From: Candidatus Limnocylindria bacterium
GTDB taxonomy: Bacteria; Chloroflexota; Limnocylindria; P2-11E
Length of the DNA stretch: 64,000 nt
Assembly: GCA_035651155.1 (NCBI GenBank)
Contig: DASRGG010000027.1
Coordinates: 36,182 to 100,181 of the forward strand
Direction: 5' to 3'
Below the pieces are notes generated by a model that saw only the letters and a program-made list of their open reading frames with translations, was not told where the DNA came from and searched no databases. This document shows, piece after piece, positions 51,925 to 60,608 of the stretch (its first letter is position 1; every line of letters begins with the position of its first letter). The position numbers and the translations under genes were made by a program.

Positions 51925-52263
51925 ATGGCGAAGTACGCGTTCCTCTTCATCGACGACGGCGTGGACTACCAGGGCAACCGCACGCCCGAGCAGCAGGCGG
52001 TCTACGCCGACATCTTCAAGTGGTTCGAGACGAACGGCTCGAAGATCGCCGGCGGCGGGGCCGAGCTCCAACCGACACGCGCCGCGACCACGATCCGGAA
52101 GAGCGGCGACAAGGTGACGGTCCTCGACGGCCCGTTCATCGAGGCGAAGGAGTCGGTCGGCGGCGTCACCGTCTTCGAGCTGCCCGATCGCGCGGCCGCC
52201 GTCGCGCTCGCGAAGACCTGGCCCGGACACGGCGTCGAAGTCCGGCCGATCGTCGAGATGTAG
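51925..52263 (+). CDS. YCII-related (DGPF) domain protein
   Basis: AAGGAGAG lies upstream of the ATG. MAKYAFLFIDDG...LDGPFIEAKESVGGVTVFELPDRAAAVALAKTWP. Confidence 0.85.
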   Translation: MAKYAFLFIDDGVDYQGNRTPEQQAVYADIFKWFETNGSKIAGGGAELQPTRAATTIRKSGDKVTVLDGPFIEAKESVGGVTVFELPDRAAAVALAKTWPGHGVEVRPIVEM

Positions 52264-52275
52264 GAGGAGACGGAG

Positions 52276-52617
52276 ATGCCGCGCTACATGCTGATGTTCG
52301 TCGGCGACGAGACCCGGCGCGAGCGCAGCTCGAGGGAAGAGCGCGAACGCACATACGCCGCGGTGGGCGCATGGTGGGACGAGCTCTCGAAGAAGGGCGT
52401 GGTCAAGGGCGGAGAGCAGCTCGGGCCGAGCGCGACCGCGACGACGGTGAGGCGCGTGAACGGAGAGATGAAGGTCTTCGACGGGCCGTTCATCGAATCG
52501 AAGGAACAGGTCGGCGGATACGCGCTCATCGAGGCGCCCGATCTCGACGAGGCGATCCGTCTCGCGAAGTCGTGGCCGGCGGGCGACGTCGAAGTGCGCC
52601 CGGTCGTGGAGCGCTAG
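52276..52617 (+). CDS. YCII-related (DGPF) domain protein, paralog
   Basis: MPRYMLMFVGDE...FDGPFIESKEQVGGYALIEAPDLDEAIRLAKSWP. Confidence 0.85.
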   Translation: MPRYMLMFVGDETRRERSSREERERTYAAVGAWWDELSKKGVVKGGEQLGPSATATTVRRVNGEMKVFDGPFIESKEQVGGYALIEAPDLDEAIRLAKSWPAGDVEVRPVVER

Positions 52618-52644
52618 ACAACGATCACGATCACGAGCGACGCG

Positions 52645-53832
52645 GTGACCGCCGTCTTCCGAGAGGAAGCGGGCCGGCTCACCGCGGCCCTCGTGCGCAG
52701 CCTCGGCGATTTCGACCTCGCGGAGGAGTGCGTGCAGGACGCGCTCGTCGCGGCGCTCGAGCACTGGCCGCGCGAGGGCGTGCCCGAGCGGCCAGGCGCG
52801 TGGCTCATGACCACGGCGCGGCGGAAGGGGATCGATCGTCTCCGACGCGAGCGGCGCTACCAGGAGAAGATCGCGCGGCTGGAGGAGCCACCGGTGACGA
52901 CGCCGAGCGCGATGCCCGACGAGCGCCTCGAGCTCATCTTCACCTGCTGCCACCCGGCGCTCTCGCGTGAGGCGCAGGTCGCCCTCACCCTCCGGTCCGT
53001 CGCGGGCCTCACCACGCCGGAGATCGCGCGGGCGTTCCTCGTCTCCGAGGCGACCGTCGCGCAGCGCCTCGTGCGCGCGAAACGGAAGATCGTCGACGCG
53101 AAGATCCCCTTCCGCGTCCCCGAGCGCGCGGAGCTCGCCGAGCGCCTCGAGGAAGTCCTCGCCGTCCTCTACCTCATGTTCAACGAGGGGTACCTCTCGA
53201 CCGGCCGCCGCGGCGCCACCGACCGCGACCTCGCGGCCGAAGCGGAGTGGCTCGCGTCGCTGGTCGTGGCGCTGCTGCCCGAGGAGCCCGAGGCGCTCGG
53301 CCTGCTCGCGCTGATGCGCTTCCATCTCGCGCGCGCCGCCGCGCGCTTCGATCGCGACGGCCGCATCGTGCTGCTCAAGGATCAGGAGCGATGGCGGTGG
53401 GACCGCGAGAAGATCGATGACGCGCGGCGCGTCGTCGCGCGCTTCCTCGCGCTCCGGCAGCCCGGTCCGTACCAGCTTCAGGCGCTCATCGCGCTCGCGC
53501 ACGCGGACGCGCCGTCCTGGGAAGGGACGCGCTGGCCCGACATCGTGCGCGCGTACGACGCGCTGCTCTCCTTCGGCGACTCGCCCGTCGTCCGTCTCAA
53601 TCGGGCCATCGCCCTCGCTCACGTCGCCGGTGCGCAGTCGGCGCTGCGCGAGGTCGATGGGCTCGCGGACGATCTCGACGCGTACCACCTGTTCCACGCC
53701 ACGCGCGCGGAGCTCCTGCGCCAGCTGGGTCGCGTCGCGGACGCGCGCGATGCCGACCGGCGCGCGCTCGCGCTCACCGAGAACCCGGCCGAGCGCGATC
53801 TGCTCGCGCGCCGGCTGGCGGCGGCCGGATAG
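52645..53832 (+). CDS. ECF sigma factor with long C-terminal helical (TPR-like) extension, ECF42-like
   Basis: A sigma2/sigma4 core ([17 protein letters not shown]...[17 protein letters not shown]...[36 protein letters not shown]) is followed by about 220 extra residues. The two DGPF genes lie immediately upstream. Confidence 0.85.
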   Translation: MTAVFREEAGRLTAALVRSLGDFDLAEECVQDALVAALEHWPREGVPERPGAWLMTTARRKGIDRLRRERRYQEKIARLEEPPVTTPSAMPDERLELIFTCCHPALSREAQVALTLRSVAGLTTPEIARAFLVSEATVAQRLVRAKRKIVDAKIPFRVPERAELAERLEEVLAVLYLMFNEGYLSTGRRGATDRDLAAEAEWLASLVVALLPEEPEALGLLALMRFHLARAAARFDRDGRIVLLKDQERWRWDREKIDDARRVVARFLALRQPGPYQLQALIALAHADAPSWEGTRWPDIVRAYDALLSFGDSPVVRLNRAIALAHVAGAQSALREVDGLADDLDAYHLFHATRAELLRQLGRVADARDADRRALALTENPAERDLLARRLAAAG

Positions 53833-53834
53833 CG

Positions 53835-54131
53835 GTGGATCGGTCGCCGCGGCCACGGGTGAAGGTGCTCCTGCACGGGGCCTGGCGCGGCTTCGCCGGC
53901 GGCGCGAAGGAGGTGTCGCTCGAGGCCACGACCGTGCGCGAGGCGATGGACGGGATCGCCGCGGCGCATCCGACGCTGAAGGAGCGGCTTCGCGACGAAC
54001 ACGGCACACTGCGCGCGCACCTCGCGCTCTTCGTGAACGACGAGGACGCGCGCCTTCTCGGATGGGAGGACGCGACCCTCGGCGACGGCGACGTCGTGCA
54101 CGTGATCCCCGCGCTCTCGGGCGGGAACTAA
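53835..54131 (+). CDS. MoaD/ThiS-family beta-grasp protein ending ...SGG-N
   Basis: VKVLLHGAW...LFVNDEDARLLGWEDATLGDGDVVHVIPALSGGN. The gene starts 3 nt after the sigma stop. Confidence 0.75.
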   Translation: MDRSPRPRVKVLLHGAWRGFAGGAKEVSLEATTVREAMDGIAAAHPTLKERLRDEHGTLRAHLALFVNDEDARLLGWEDATLGDGDVVHVIPALSGGN

Positions 54132-54142
54132 GGGAGGAAGCG

Positions 54143-55204
54143 ATGGCCAAGTCGGTGGTGCTCCTCGTCGGGACGAAGAAGGGTCTCTACACGATGCGGA
54201 GCGGCGATCGGAAGAAATGGACCGTCGGCGAGCCGTACGGCGCGCCCGCGCCGGTCCACCACGCCGCCTTCGACCCGCGCGACGGGTCGATGTACGCCGC
54301 GATCAACTCCACCTGGGGCGGCTCGCGGATCGAGTACAGCCGCGATCTCGGAAAGACCTGGACGGTGAGCAAGAATCCCGCGTTCCCGCCGGGCTCGGAC
54401 CGCACCTTCTACCAGACCTGGCACATCGAGCCCGGCCACGCGAAGACTCCGAACGTCGTGTGGGCGGGCGTCGAGCCCGCGGCGCTCTTCAAGAGCGAGG
54501 ATCGCGGCGAGACCTGGTCGCTCAACACCGCGCTCGACGGCCATCCGTCGCGCAAGCAATGGGTCCCCGGATTCGGCGGCATGGGCCTGCACTCGATCGC
54601 GATCGACGCGGCCGACCCGAGCTTCATGCAGGTCGGCATCAGCGTCGGCGGCGTGTACACCACACGCGACGGCGGCGCGTCGTGGGAGCGCGACAACACG
54701 CGAAGGGGCGGGGCGCAGGACCGGCCCGACGTTTTCTCCTGCATCCACAAGCTGCTCGCGCATCCTGTGGCCCCCGGGGTGCGCTTCATGCGCGTGCACG
54801 AAGAGGTGTACTGGCGCGATCCCGGCGAGACCGCGTGGACGTTCCGCACGACGGGGCTGCCCTCCAACTTCGGCTTCGCGGCGGCGATCCATCCCCGTGA
54901 CCCGAAGACCGCCTGGTGCATCCCGCTCCACGGGATGAAGCGGACGGCCACCGACGGCATCGCCGTGTACAAGACGACCGACCGCGGCGCGTCGTGGACA
55001 CGCAACGACGCGGGCCTGCCGAAGGGCGCTCCGCTGGAGTCGCTGCGCGAGGGGATGCACACCGATCGTTTCGACGACGTGGGCGTGTACTTCGGCACGG
55101 CCAACGGCGACGTGTACGCGAGCCTCGACGAGGGCAAGACCTGGGACCGCATCGCCCAGTACTTGCCCTACGTCACATCGGTGCACGCCGCGACGATCGA
55201 CTGA
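54143..55204 (+). CDS. BNR/Asp-box repeat beta-propeller protein (sialidase-fold/Ycf48-like), no signal peptide
   Basis: AGGGAGGAAG lies upstream of the ATG. The repeats SRDLGKTW, SEDRGETW, TRDGGASW, TTDRGASW and SLDEGKTW fit the Asp-box SxDxGxTW. Confidence 0.8.
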   Translation: MAKSVVLLVGTKKGLYTMRSGDRKKWTVGEPYGAPAPVHHAAFDPRDGSMYAAINSTWGGSRIEYSRDLGKTWTVSKNPAFPPGSDRTFYQTWHIEPGHAKTPNVVWAGVEPAALFKSEDRGETWSLNTALDGHPSRKQWVPGFGGMGLHSIAIDAADPSFMQVGISVGGVYTTRDGGASWERDNTRRGGAQDRPDVFSCIHKLLAHPVAPGVRFMRVHEEVYWRDPGETAWTFRTTGLPSNFGFAAAIHPRDPKTAWCIPLHGMKRTATDGIAVYKTTDRGASWTRNDAGLPKGAPLESLREGMHTDRFDDVGVYFGTANGDVYASLDEGKTWDRIAQYLPYVTSVHAATID

Positions 55205-55225
55205 TACCGGCGGTACCGCCCTACC

Positions 55226-55270
55226 CGGCGTGCCGGGGCCGGGCACGCCGACGCCGGCCCGCGGGCCGGC
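55226..55270. terminator. Two tandem GC-rich hairpins between convergent genes
   Basis: cggcgtgcc-ggggccg-ggcacgccg (55226-55250) is followed by the palindrome gccggcccgcgggccggc (55253-55270). There is no U-tract. Confidence 0.35.
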
Positions 55271-55300
55271 GTGGCGAGAGGAGGGAGGGGCCGGGTCCGG

Positions 55301-55654
55301 TCAGCGGCGCATGCCGTCGAGGATCGCGAAGCGCTGCGCCGCGCTGAGAACGCCGCGGTCGACGAGCGCCTGGAGGATGCCGCCGAGGCGCTCGATCGAG
55401 TAGCCGTCCCAGTCGGCGAGCCGCACCGCGACCACGACCGCGTCGCGCTGCGGCGGCGTCATCGCGCCGCGGTCGGCCATCGCGTCCAGGACGTCGCGGA
55501 GCGCGTCGATCGCGACGCTCACCTTTCGCTCCGTCGGCGGCGTGACCTCCGGCGCGGTCGCGGGGCCAGCGGCGAGCGCGGGCGCCGCGGCGAGCGCCAT
55601 GCCGAGCACGGCGGCGGCGAGCGAGGTCGCGATGAGCTTCATGAAGGCGGGCAT
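55301..55654 (-). CDS. Small secreted hypothetical protein
   Basis: MPAFMKLIATSLAAAVLGMALAAAPALAAGP is a signal peptide, followed by a roughly 85-aa helical domain. Confidence 0.5.
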   Translation of the reverse strand: MPAFMKLIATSLAAAVLGMALAAAPALAAGPATAPEVTPPTERKVSVAIDALRDVLDAMADRGAMTPPQRDAVVVAVRLADWDGYSIERLGGILQALVDRGVLSAAQRFAILDGMRR

Positions 55655-55775
55655 CGTCACAACCGTGGCGACCCCGTATCGAGCCGCGGGGTCGGGCACG
55701 CGCGCTACGCCGAGCGTTCGTACCTGTGCACGGTGGCGCCCGGACGCATCGTCGCGAGGAGGAGACCGCGCGACG

Positions 55776-56573
55776 TCATCGTCCGGCGCGCGACTCCGGA
55801 GACCACGCGAGCACCTCGAGCGAGCACAGCTCGCGGAAGCCGAGCTTCGCGCAGATGGGCGCGGACGTATCGCGATCGGCCTGGATGACGGCGGCCTCGC
55901 GACCGTCGGCGCGCGCGTCGTCGAGACGCCGCTTCACGAGGGCGCTGTAGATGCCCTTGCCGCGCACCTCCGGCAGCGTCGCGGCGCCGCCGAGGAGCAC
56001 GATCGGCGACGACGGTAGATAGACGAGGTAGCTCCACGCCACCGGCGCGTCCGTGTCGAGGTAGGCGAAGTAGCCGCGACTCTGGACGGGGCCGGCGGCG
56101 AGCAGCCGCGCGAACATCTCGGCCACGTCGTCGGGCATCCCGTACGCGCGCCCCATCATGTCCGAGTGCGCGGCGGCCTCGTCGGGCGTGATCTCGCGGA
56201 TGCGCGCGGCGGGATTGGGCTCGATCGGGATGTCGAGGTCGGTGAGCGCCATACCCGCCAGATGCGCGATCGTGTGCATCCCGGTGCGCTCGAGCCTGCG
56301 CTTCATGTCGCCGGGCGTCGTTCCCGGACCGACGACCCAGCCGAAGGCCTTGTGCTCGCGCGCGTAGCGCTGGCTGATCCGCTGGATGGTCGCGTCGGCG
56401 GTCTCCTCGTCGAGCCGCGCCATACCGACGAGATTGGCGAGCGGGTGCGAGAGCGCGGTCATCCGTCCCTGGACGCCGGGGACCGCGAGATCCGTCGTCA
56501 GCCCCGGCACGGCCGGATAGACGTGCAGGCTCGACTCGATCGCGTAGACGAGATCGCGCTCCAGGACCGTCAT
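55776..56573 (-). CDS. GNAT-family N-acetyltransferase
   Basis: The C-terminal half reads LLGGAATLPEVRGKGIYSALVKRRLDDARADG...KLGFRE, an acetyl-CoA binding motif. Confidence 0.75.
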   Translation of the reverse strand: MTVLERDLVYAIESSLHVYPAVPGLTTDLAVPGVQGRMTALSHPLANLVGMARLDEETADATIQRISQRYAREHKAFGWVVGPGTTPGDMKRRLERTGMHTIAHLAGMALTDLDIPIEPNPAARIREITPDEAAAHSDMMGRAYGMPDDVAEMFARLLAAGPVQSRGYFAYLDTDAPVAWSYLVYLPSSPIVLLGGAATLPEVRGKGIYSALVKRRLDDARADGREAAVIQADRDTSAPICAKLGFRELCSLEVLAWSPESRAGR

Positions 56574-56644
56574 TCGGTCGATTCTGCTCCGGACGCTTCG
56601 TCGCTACCGTGGGCCTTCACGACGAGGCTCCCGGGAGGGGCCCG

Positions 56645-56737
56645 ATGCGCTACACGCTCACGTTCTCCGCGGTGGAGGACGAGTGGCCGGCGCCGCCGGC
56701 CGCCGAGCGCGATGCGGCCGTCGCGGAGTACTACGCG
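56645..56737 (+). pseudogene. Remnant of a YCII/DGPF-like gene (N-terminal about 31 codons only)
   Basis: MRYTLTFSAVEDEWPAPPAAERDAAVAEYYA resembles YCII N-termini such as the intact copies at 51925 and 52276. The frame then runs antisense into the convergent FAD-subunit gene. Confidence 0.3.
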
Positions 56738-57699
56738 ACGAGCTCGCGGAGCGCGCGGCGGACCAGCTCGCGCGCGAGCGTGATCTTGTAGCCGTTGTCG
56801 CGCAGCGGCGTCGCGTCGCGGAGCAGCGTGTCCGCGGCGGCGAGACAGGCGTTGTCGTCGAGGGCGGTGCCGTCGAGCTGCTTCTCCGCGGCGGTCACGC
56901 GCCACGGCACCGGCGCGACGCCGCCGAGCACGAGACGCACGTCGCTCGCCTTGCCGTCGCGGACGCGTGCGGTCGCCGCGACCGAGACGAGCGCGAAGCT
57001 CCACGCCTTCCGCTCCATCGCCTTGAGGTACGTGCCGCGGCGCTCGAGCGCCTTCTCGGGCACGCGCACCGCGGTGATGAGCTCGCCCGACCGCAGCGCG
57101 TGCTCGCGCCGCACGCTGCCGCGCGGGGTGACGAAGAGGTCGGCGAGCTTGCTGCGCCGGCGACCGAGGCTCGACGCGATCTCGATCTCCGCGTCGCAGG
57201 CGATGAGCGCGGGCGCGAGGTCGGACGGCGACACCATCCAGCACTCGTGCGTGCCGACGACCGCGTGGTAGCGGTTCTCGCCGTCGATGGCGAAGCAGCG
57301 GTCGCCGCCCTTGAGCCAGCACGGCACGCCCTCGTCGCGGAAGTACCAGCAGCGGTTCCGCTGCAGCAGGTTGCCGCCGACCGTGCCCATGTTGCGGAGC
57401 TGTGGGGTCGCGGCGTCGCGCAGCGACCGCGCGACGACGGGGAGGAGCTTCGCGAAGGCGGGCGACCGCTCGAGGTCGCTGAGCGCCGTGAGCGCGCCGA
57501 TGCGCACGCCCTTCCCCTTCGCGTGGTCCCAGCCCCGCAGGCCATCGATGCCGGTGAGGTCGACGAGCCTGTCGGGACGCGCGAGGCCGTGACGTATCAG
57601 CATGACGAGATCCGTGCCCCCCGCGAGCGCGACGGTGCCGTCGCGCAGCAACCGCAGCGCTTCCCTGAGCGCGCGCGGCTTCGTGTAGGAGAGGCTCAC
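56731..57699 (-). CDS. FAD-binding medium subunit with 4-Cys insertion (locus C)
   Basis: The GTG start overlaps the upstream stop (GTGA). ALAGGTDLVMLIR...QLRNMGTVGGNLLQRNRCWYFRDEGVPCWLKGGDRCFAIDGENRYHAVVGTHECWMVSPSD. Confidence 0.9.
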   Translation of the reverse strand: MSLSYTKPRALREALRLLRDGTVALAGGTDLVMLIRHGLARPDRLVDLTGIDGLRGWDHAKGKGVRIGALTALSDLERSPAFAKLLPVVARSLRDAATPQLRNMGTVGGNLLQRNRCWYFRDEGVPCWLKGGDRCFAIDGENRYHAVVGTHECWMVSPSDLAPALIACDAEIEIASSLGRRRSKLADLFVTPRGSVRREHALRSGELITAVRVPEKALERRGTYLKAMERKAWSFALVSVAATARVRDGKASDVRLVLGGVAPVPWRVTAAEKQLDGTALDDNACLAAADTLLRDATPLRDNGYKITLARELVRRALRELVA

Positions 57700-59990
57700 G
57701 AACCCGCCTCCGCCAGCGCGAGCGCTTCGAGCACCCGTGCGCGCGTCATCGGTGCGTGGCGGACCCGCGCGCCGGTCGCGTTCGCGACGGCGTTCGCCAC
57801 CGCGGCGGCGGTCGGGATGATCGGCGGCTCGCCAAGGCCCTTCGCTCCGAGGTTGTTCGCCTTGCGATCCGGACGGTCGACGAAGCGCACGACGATCTCG
57901 GGGACGTCGGCGACCGTCGGGATCTTGTACCACTCGAGGTTCGCGTTCATGACGCGGCCGAGCCCGCGGTCGACGATGCGCTCCTCCGACAGCGCGAAGC
58001 CCAGCGCCTGGACCACGCCACCCTCGACCTGCGACGCCGCCGTGAGCGGATTCACGATGCGACCGATGTCGTGCACGGCGACGATCTTCAGGACGAAGAT
58101 CTCGCCGGTGCGCACGTCCACCTCGACGTCGGCGAAGTGCGCGCCGAAGGTCTTGATCGACGTGTCCTCCGGGTTCGGGAAGCGCGAGCCTTTGCCGATG
58201 ACGGTGTTGTTCTCGAGCTTCTTCGAGATGTCGGCGATGGGGGTGCGGGCGCCCCTGCTCACCACGTGGCCGCGTTCGATCCGCAGCTCGCTCCGCGGCG
58301 TCTCGAGCACGCCGGCCGCGGCGGCGAGGAACTGCTCGCGCGCGTCCTTCGCCGCGAGACGCACGGCGGGACCGACCGACGCGAGCGTGAGCGACCCCGC
58401 GCTGATCGGTCCGTACGGTCCCTCGGTGTCGCCGATGCGCACGGAGACGTGCCCGACGTCGATGCCGAGCTCGTCGGCGCAGATCTGCGCGAGCACGGTG
58501 CGCGTCCCCGTGCCGATGTCCTGCGTCCCCGCGCGCAGCACGACCGTGCCGTCGGCGTTGAAGTGGACCGTCGCGTACGCGGGCGGGCCGCCGCCGCCGC
58601 CCCAGATCTGCGAGGCCATCCCGAGCCCGCGGCGGCGGTGCGGGGTCGACCCGCGCGTGCCGCCCGCCTTCCGGCGCGACCAGCCGATCTCGCGCGCGCC
58701 GATCGTGTAGCAGTCGAGGATCCGATTCAGCGTGTAGGGCTTGCCGGTGCGCGGATCCGTTGGCTTCCCGGCGTGCGTGCGCCGTAGCGCGAGCGGATCG
58801 ACGCCCATCTTGTCGGCAAGCTCGTCGATCGCGCTCTCGATGGCGAACGTGCCCTCGACGTATCCCGGTGCGCGGAACGCCGAGAGCGAGCCGGCGTTCG
58901 TCACGACCCGATACGACCTCGTGTTGAGATTCGGGAAGTCGTAGAGCGTGTTCGTGGGCCCGGTCGGATTCGCGACCCACTTGCCCTGGCCCGAGTTCGA
59001 CCACGAGACGTGCTCGACCGCGGTGATCCGGCCGTCCGCGCCCGCGAGCTTCACCGTCTGCAGCGTCGCCGAGCGGTTGCCGGCCGCGAGGTTCTCCTCG
59101 CGCCGCGTCAGGACGCACCGCACCGGCCGGCCCGTGCGCATCGCGAGCAGGGCGGCGACGATCGAGTACTTCCCCACGCCGCCCTTCGACCCGAAGCCGC
59201 CGCCCATGTAGTCGCAGATCACGCGGATCTTCGTGAGCGGCAGGCGGAGCGCGGCGCGGAGCCCCTCGCGCACGCCGAACACGTGCTGCGTCGACTCCCA
59301 GACCGTCAGGACTTCGCCGTCCCACTGTGCGACGGCGCCATGCGTCTCGAGCGAGTTGTGCAGCTGCGTCGACGTGCGGTACGTCGCCTCGATGACGGCG
59401 TCCGCGTGCTTGAACGCCTTCCGGACGTCGCCGCGCGACAGCTTGCCCGCCTCGATCACGTTCCCATCGGCCTCGAGCTTCGGCGCGTTCTCGGCCATCG
59501 CCTCCTCGAGATCGACGACGTGCGGCAGGACCTCGTAGTCGACGGCGATGAGCGCGATCGCGGCGTGGGCGAGGCCGGCGGTGTCGGCGGCCACCGCCGC
59601 GACCTCGTCGCCGACGAAGCGGACCTCCTCGCGGAAGATCGTCTCCTCGCCGCGGAACGCCGCCTTCGGCGCGTTGAAGCGGTGGATGACGTCGTGCACG
59701 CCCGGTAGCGCGAGCGCCTTCTTCGCGTCGACGGCGCGCACGCGGGCACGCGCGTATGGCGAGCGAAGGATGACCGCGTGGAGCATCCCGGGGAGCGCGA
59801 TGTCGTGCGTGAAGGTGGCGCGGCCGGTGACGCGCTGCGTGCCGTCGATGCGCGGACGTGCGTGCCCGATCTCCGGGAGCTCGGTGCCTGACGGCGCGGC
59901 GCGGAGGTCGTTGCCCTCGACGAGCGCGAGGCTCTCGTAGATCTCGCCCTCGAACTCGTCGCGGCTCTTGACGACTCGGATCCGACCCAT
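57696..59990 (-). CDS. Molybdopterin-binding large subunit (locus C)
   Basis: A 764-aa protein with PRIDGTQRVTGRATFTHD and a C-terminus GAKGLGEPPIIPTAAAVANAV. Confidence 0.9.
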   Translation of the reverse strand: MGRIRVVKSRDEFEGEIYESLALVEGNDLRAAPSGTELPEIGHARPRIDGTQRVTGRATFTHDIALPGMLHAVILRSPYARARVRAVDAKKALALPGVHDVIHRFNAPKAAFRGEETIFREEVRFVGDEVAAVAADTAGLAHAAIALIAVDYEVLPHVVDLEEAMAENAPKLEADGNVIEAGKLSRGDVRKAFKHADAVIEATYRTSTQLHNSLETHGAVAQWDGEVLTVWESTQHVFGVREGLRAALRLPLTKIRVICDYMGGGFGSKGGVGKYSIVAALLAMRTGRPVRCVLTRREENLAAGNRSATLQTVKLAGADGRITAVEHVSWSNSGQGKWVANPTGPTNTLYDFPNLNTRSYRVVTNAGSLSAFRAPGYVEGTFAIESAIDELADKMGVDPLALRRTHAGKPTDPRTGKPYTLNRILDCYTIGAREIGWSRRKAGGTRGSTPHRRRGLGMASQIWGGGGGPPAYATVHFNADGTVVLRAGTQDIGTGTRTVLAQICADELGIDVGHVSVRIGDTEGPYGPISAGSLTLASVGPAVRLAAKDAREQFLAAAAGVLETPRSELRIERGHVVSRGARTPIADISKKLENNTVIGKGSRFPNPEDTSIKTFGAHFADVEVDVRTGEIFVLKIVAVHDIGRIVNPLTAASQVEGGVVQALGFALSEERIVDRGLGRVMNANLEWYKIPTVADVPEIVVRFVDRPDRKANNLGAKGLGEPPIIPTAAAVANAVANATGARVRHAPMTRARVLEALALAEAGS

Positions 59991-59991
59991 C

Positions 59992-60492
59992 CTAGGCCTT
60001 CGCCTCCTTCGCGGCCGCGACGCCGGCCTTGACGATGTTCGTGTACGCGCCGCAGCGGCAGAGGTTGCCGGTCACCGCTCGCTTCACGTCGTCGGCGCTC
60101 GGCGACGCGTTCGCGCGCAGCAGCGCGACGATCGACATGACCTGGCCGGGCGTGCAGAAGCCGCACTGATAGGCATCGTGTTCGATGAACGCCTGCTGCA
60201 CCGGATGCAGCGTGCCGTTCGACGAGATGCCTTCGATCGTCTCGACGGCGCGGCCTTCACAGGCGACCGCGAGGGTGATGCACGAGTACACCGGCCGGCC
60301 ATCGACGAGCACGGTGCAGGCGCCGCAGTCGCCCTCGTTGCAGACCTTCTTCGTGCCGGTGAGACCGAGGGAGTCGCGCAGGGTGTCGAGGAGCGAGCGG
60401 AGCGGACCGACGCGGACCGACACCTTCCGGCCATTCACGTCGAGCGCGACGTCGATGGCATCCGGTCCGCGGAACAGGGGCATGCGTTCCAT
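59992..60492 (-). CDS. 2x[2Fe-2S] small subunit (locus C)
   Basis: GTKKVCNEGDCGACTVLVDG...SCIT, QCGFCTPGQVMS and GNLCRCGAY. The start is ATG 60492 or 60483. Confidence 0.85.
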   Translation of the reverse strand: MERMPLFRGPDAIDVALDVNGRKVSVRVGPLRSLLDTLRDSLGLTGTKKVCNEGDCGACTVLVDGRPVYSCITLAVACEGRAVETIEGISSNGTLHPVQQAFIEHDAYQCGFCTPGQVMSIVALLRANASPSADDVKRAVTGNLCRCGAYTNIVKAGVAAAKEAKA

Positions 60493-60564
60493 CGTATCGA
60501 GCGGGCGCGCCGGGCGTCCGTCCGCGGAAGGCCCGGCACCCCCGGCCGCGTTGTGGGCGATGGG

Positions 60565-60608
60565 ACGCTCGGCAGCGGGACCGGCGCCGGTGCCACGCTC
60601 GGCAGCGG
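60565..60608. repeat. Two-copy 30-nt-period tandem repeat (core ACGCTCGGCAGCGG)
   Basis: The core lies at 60565-60578 and again at 60595-60608, upstream of the locus C small subunit gene. Confidence 0.5.

Noticed and set aside
60565-60608. Checked whether the 30-nt-period repeat could be a CRISPR array or a minisatellite.
   Set aside because: There are only two copies, no spacer-repeat alternation and no cas genes in the window. It is better explained as a short tandem duplication in a linker or non-coding region.
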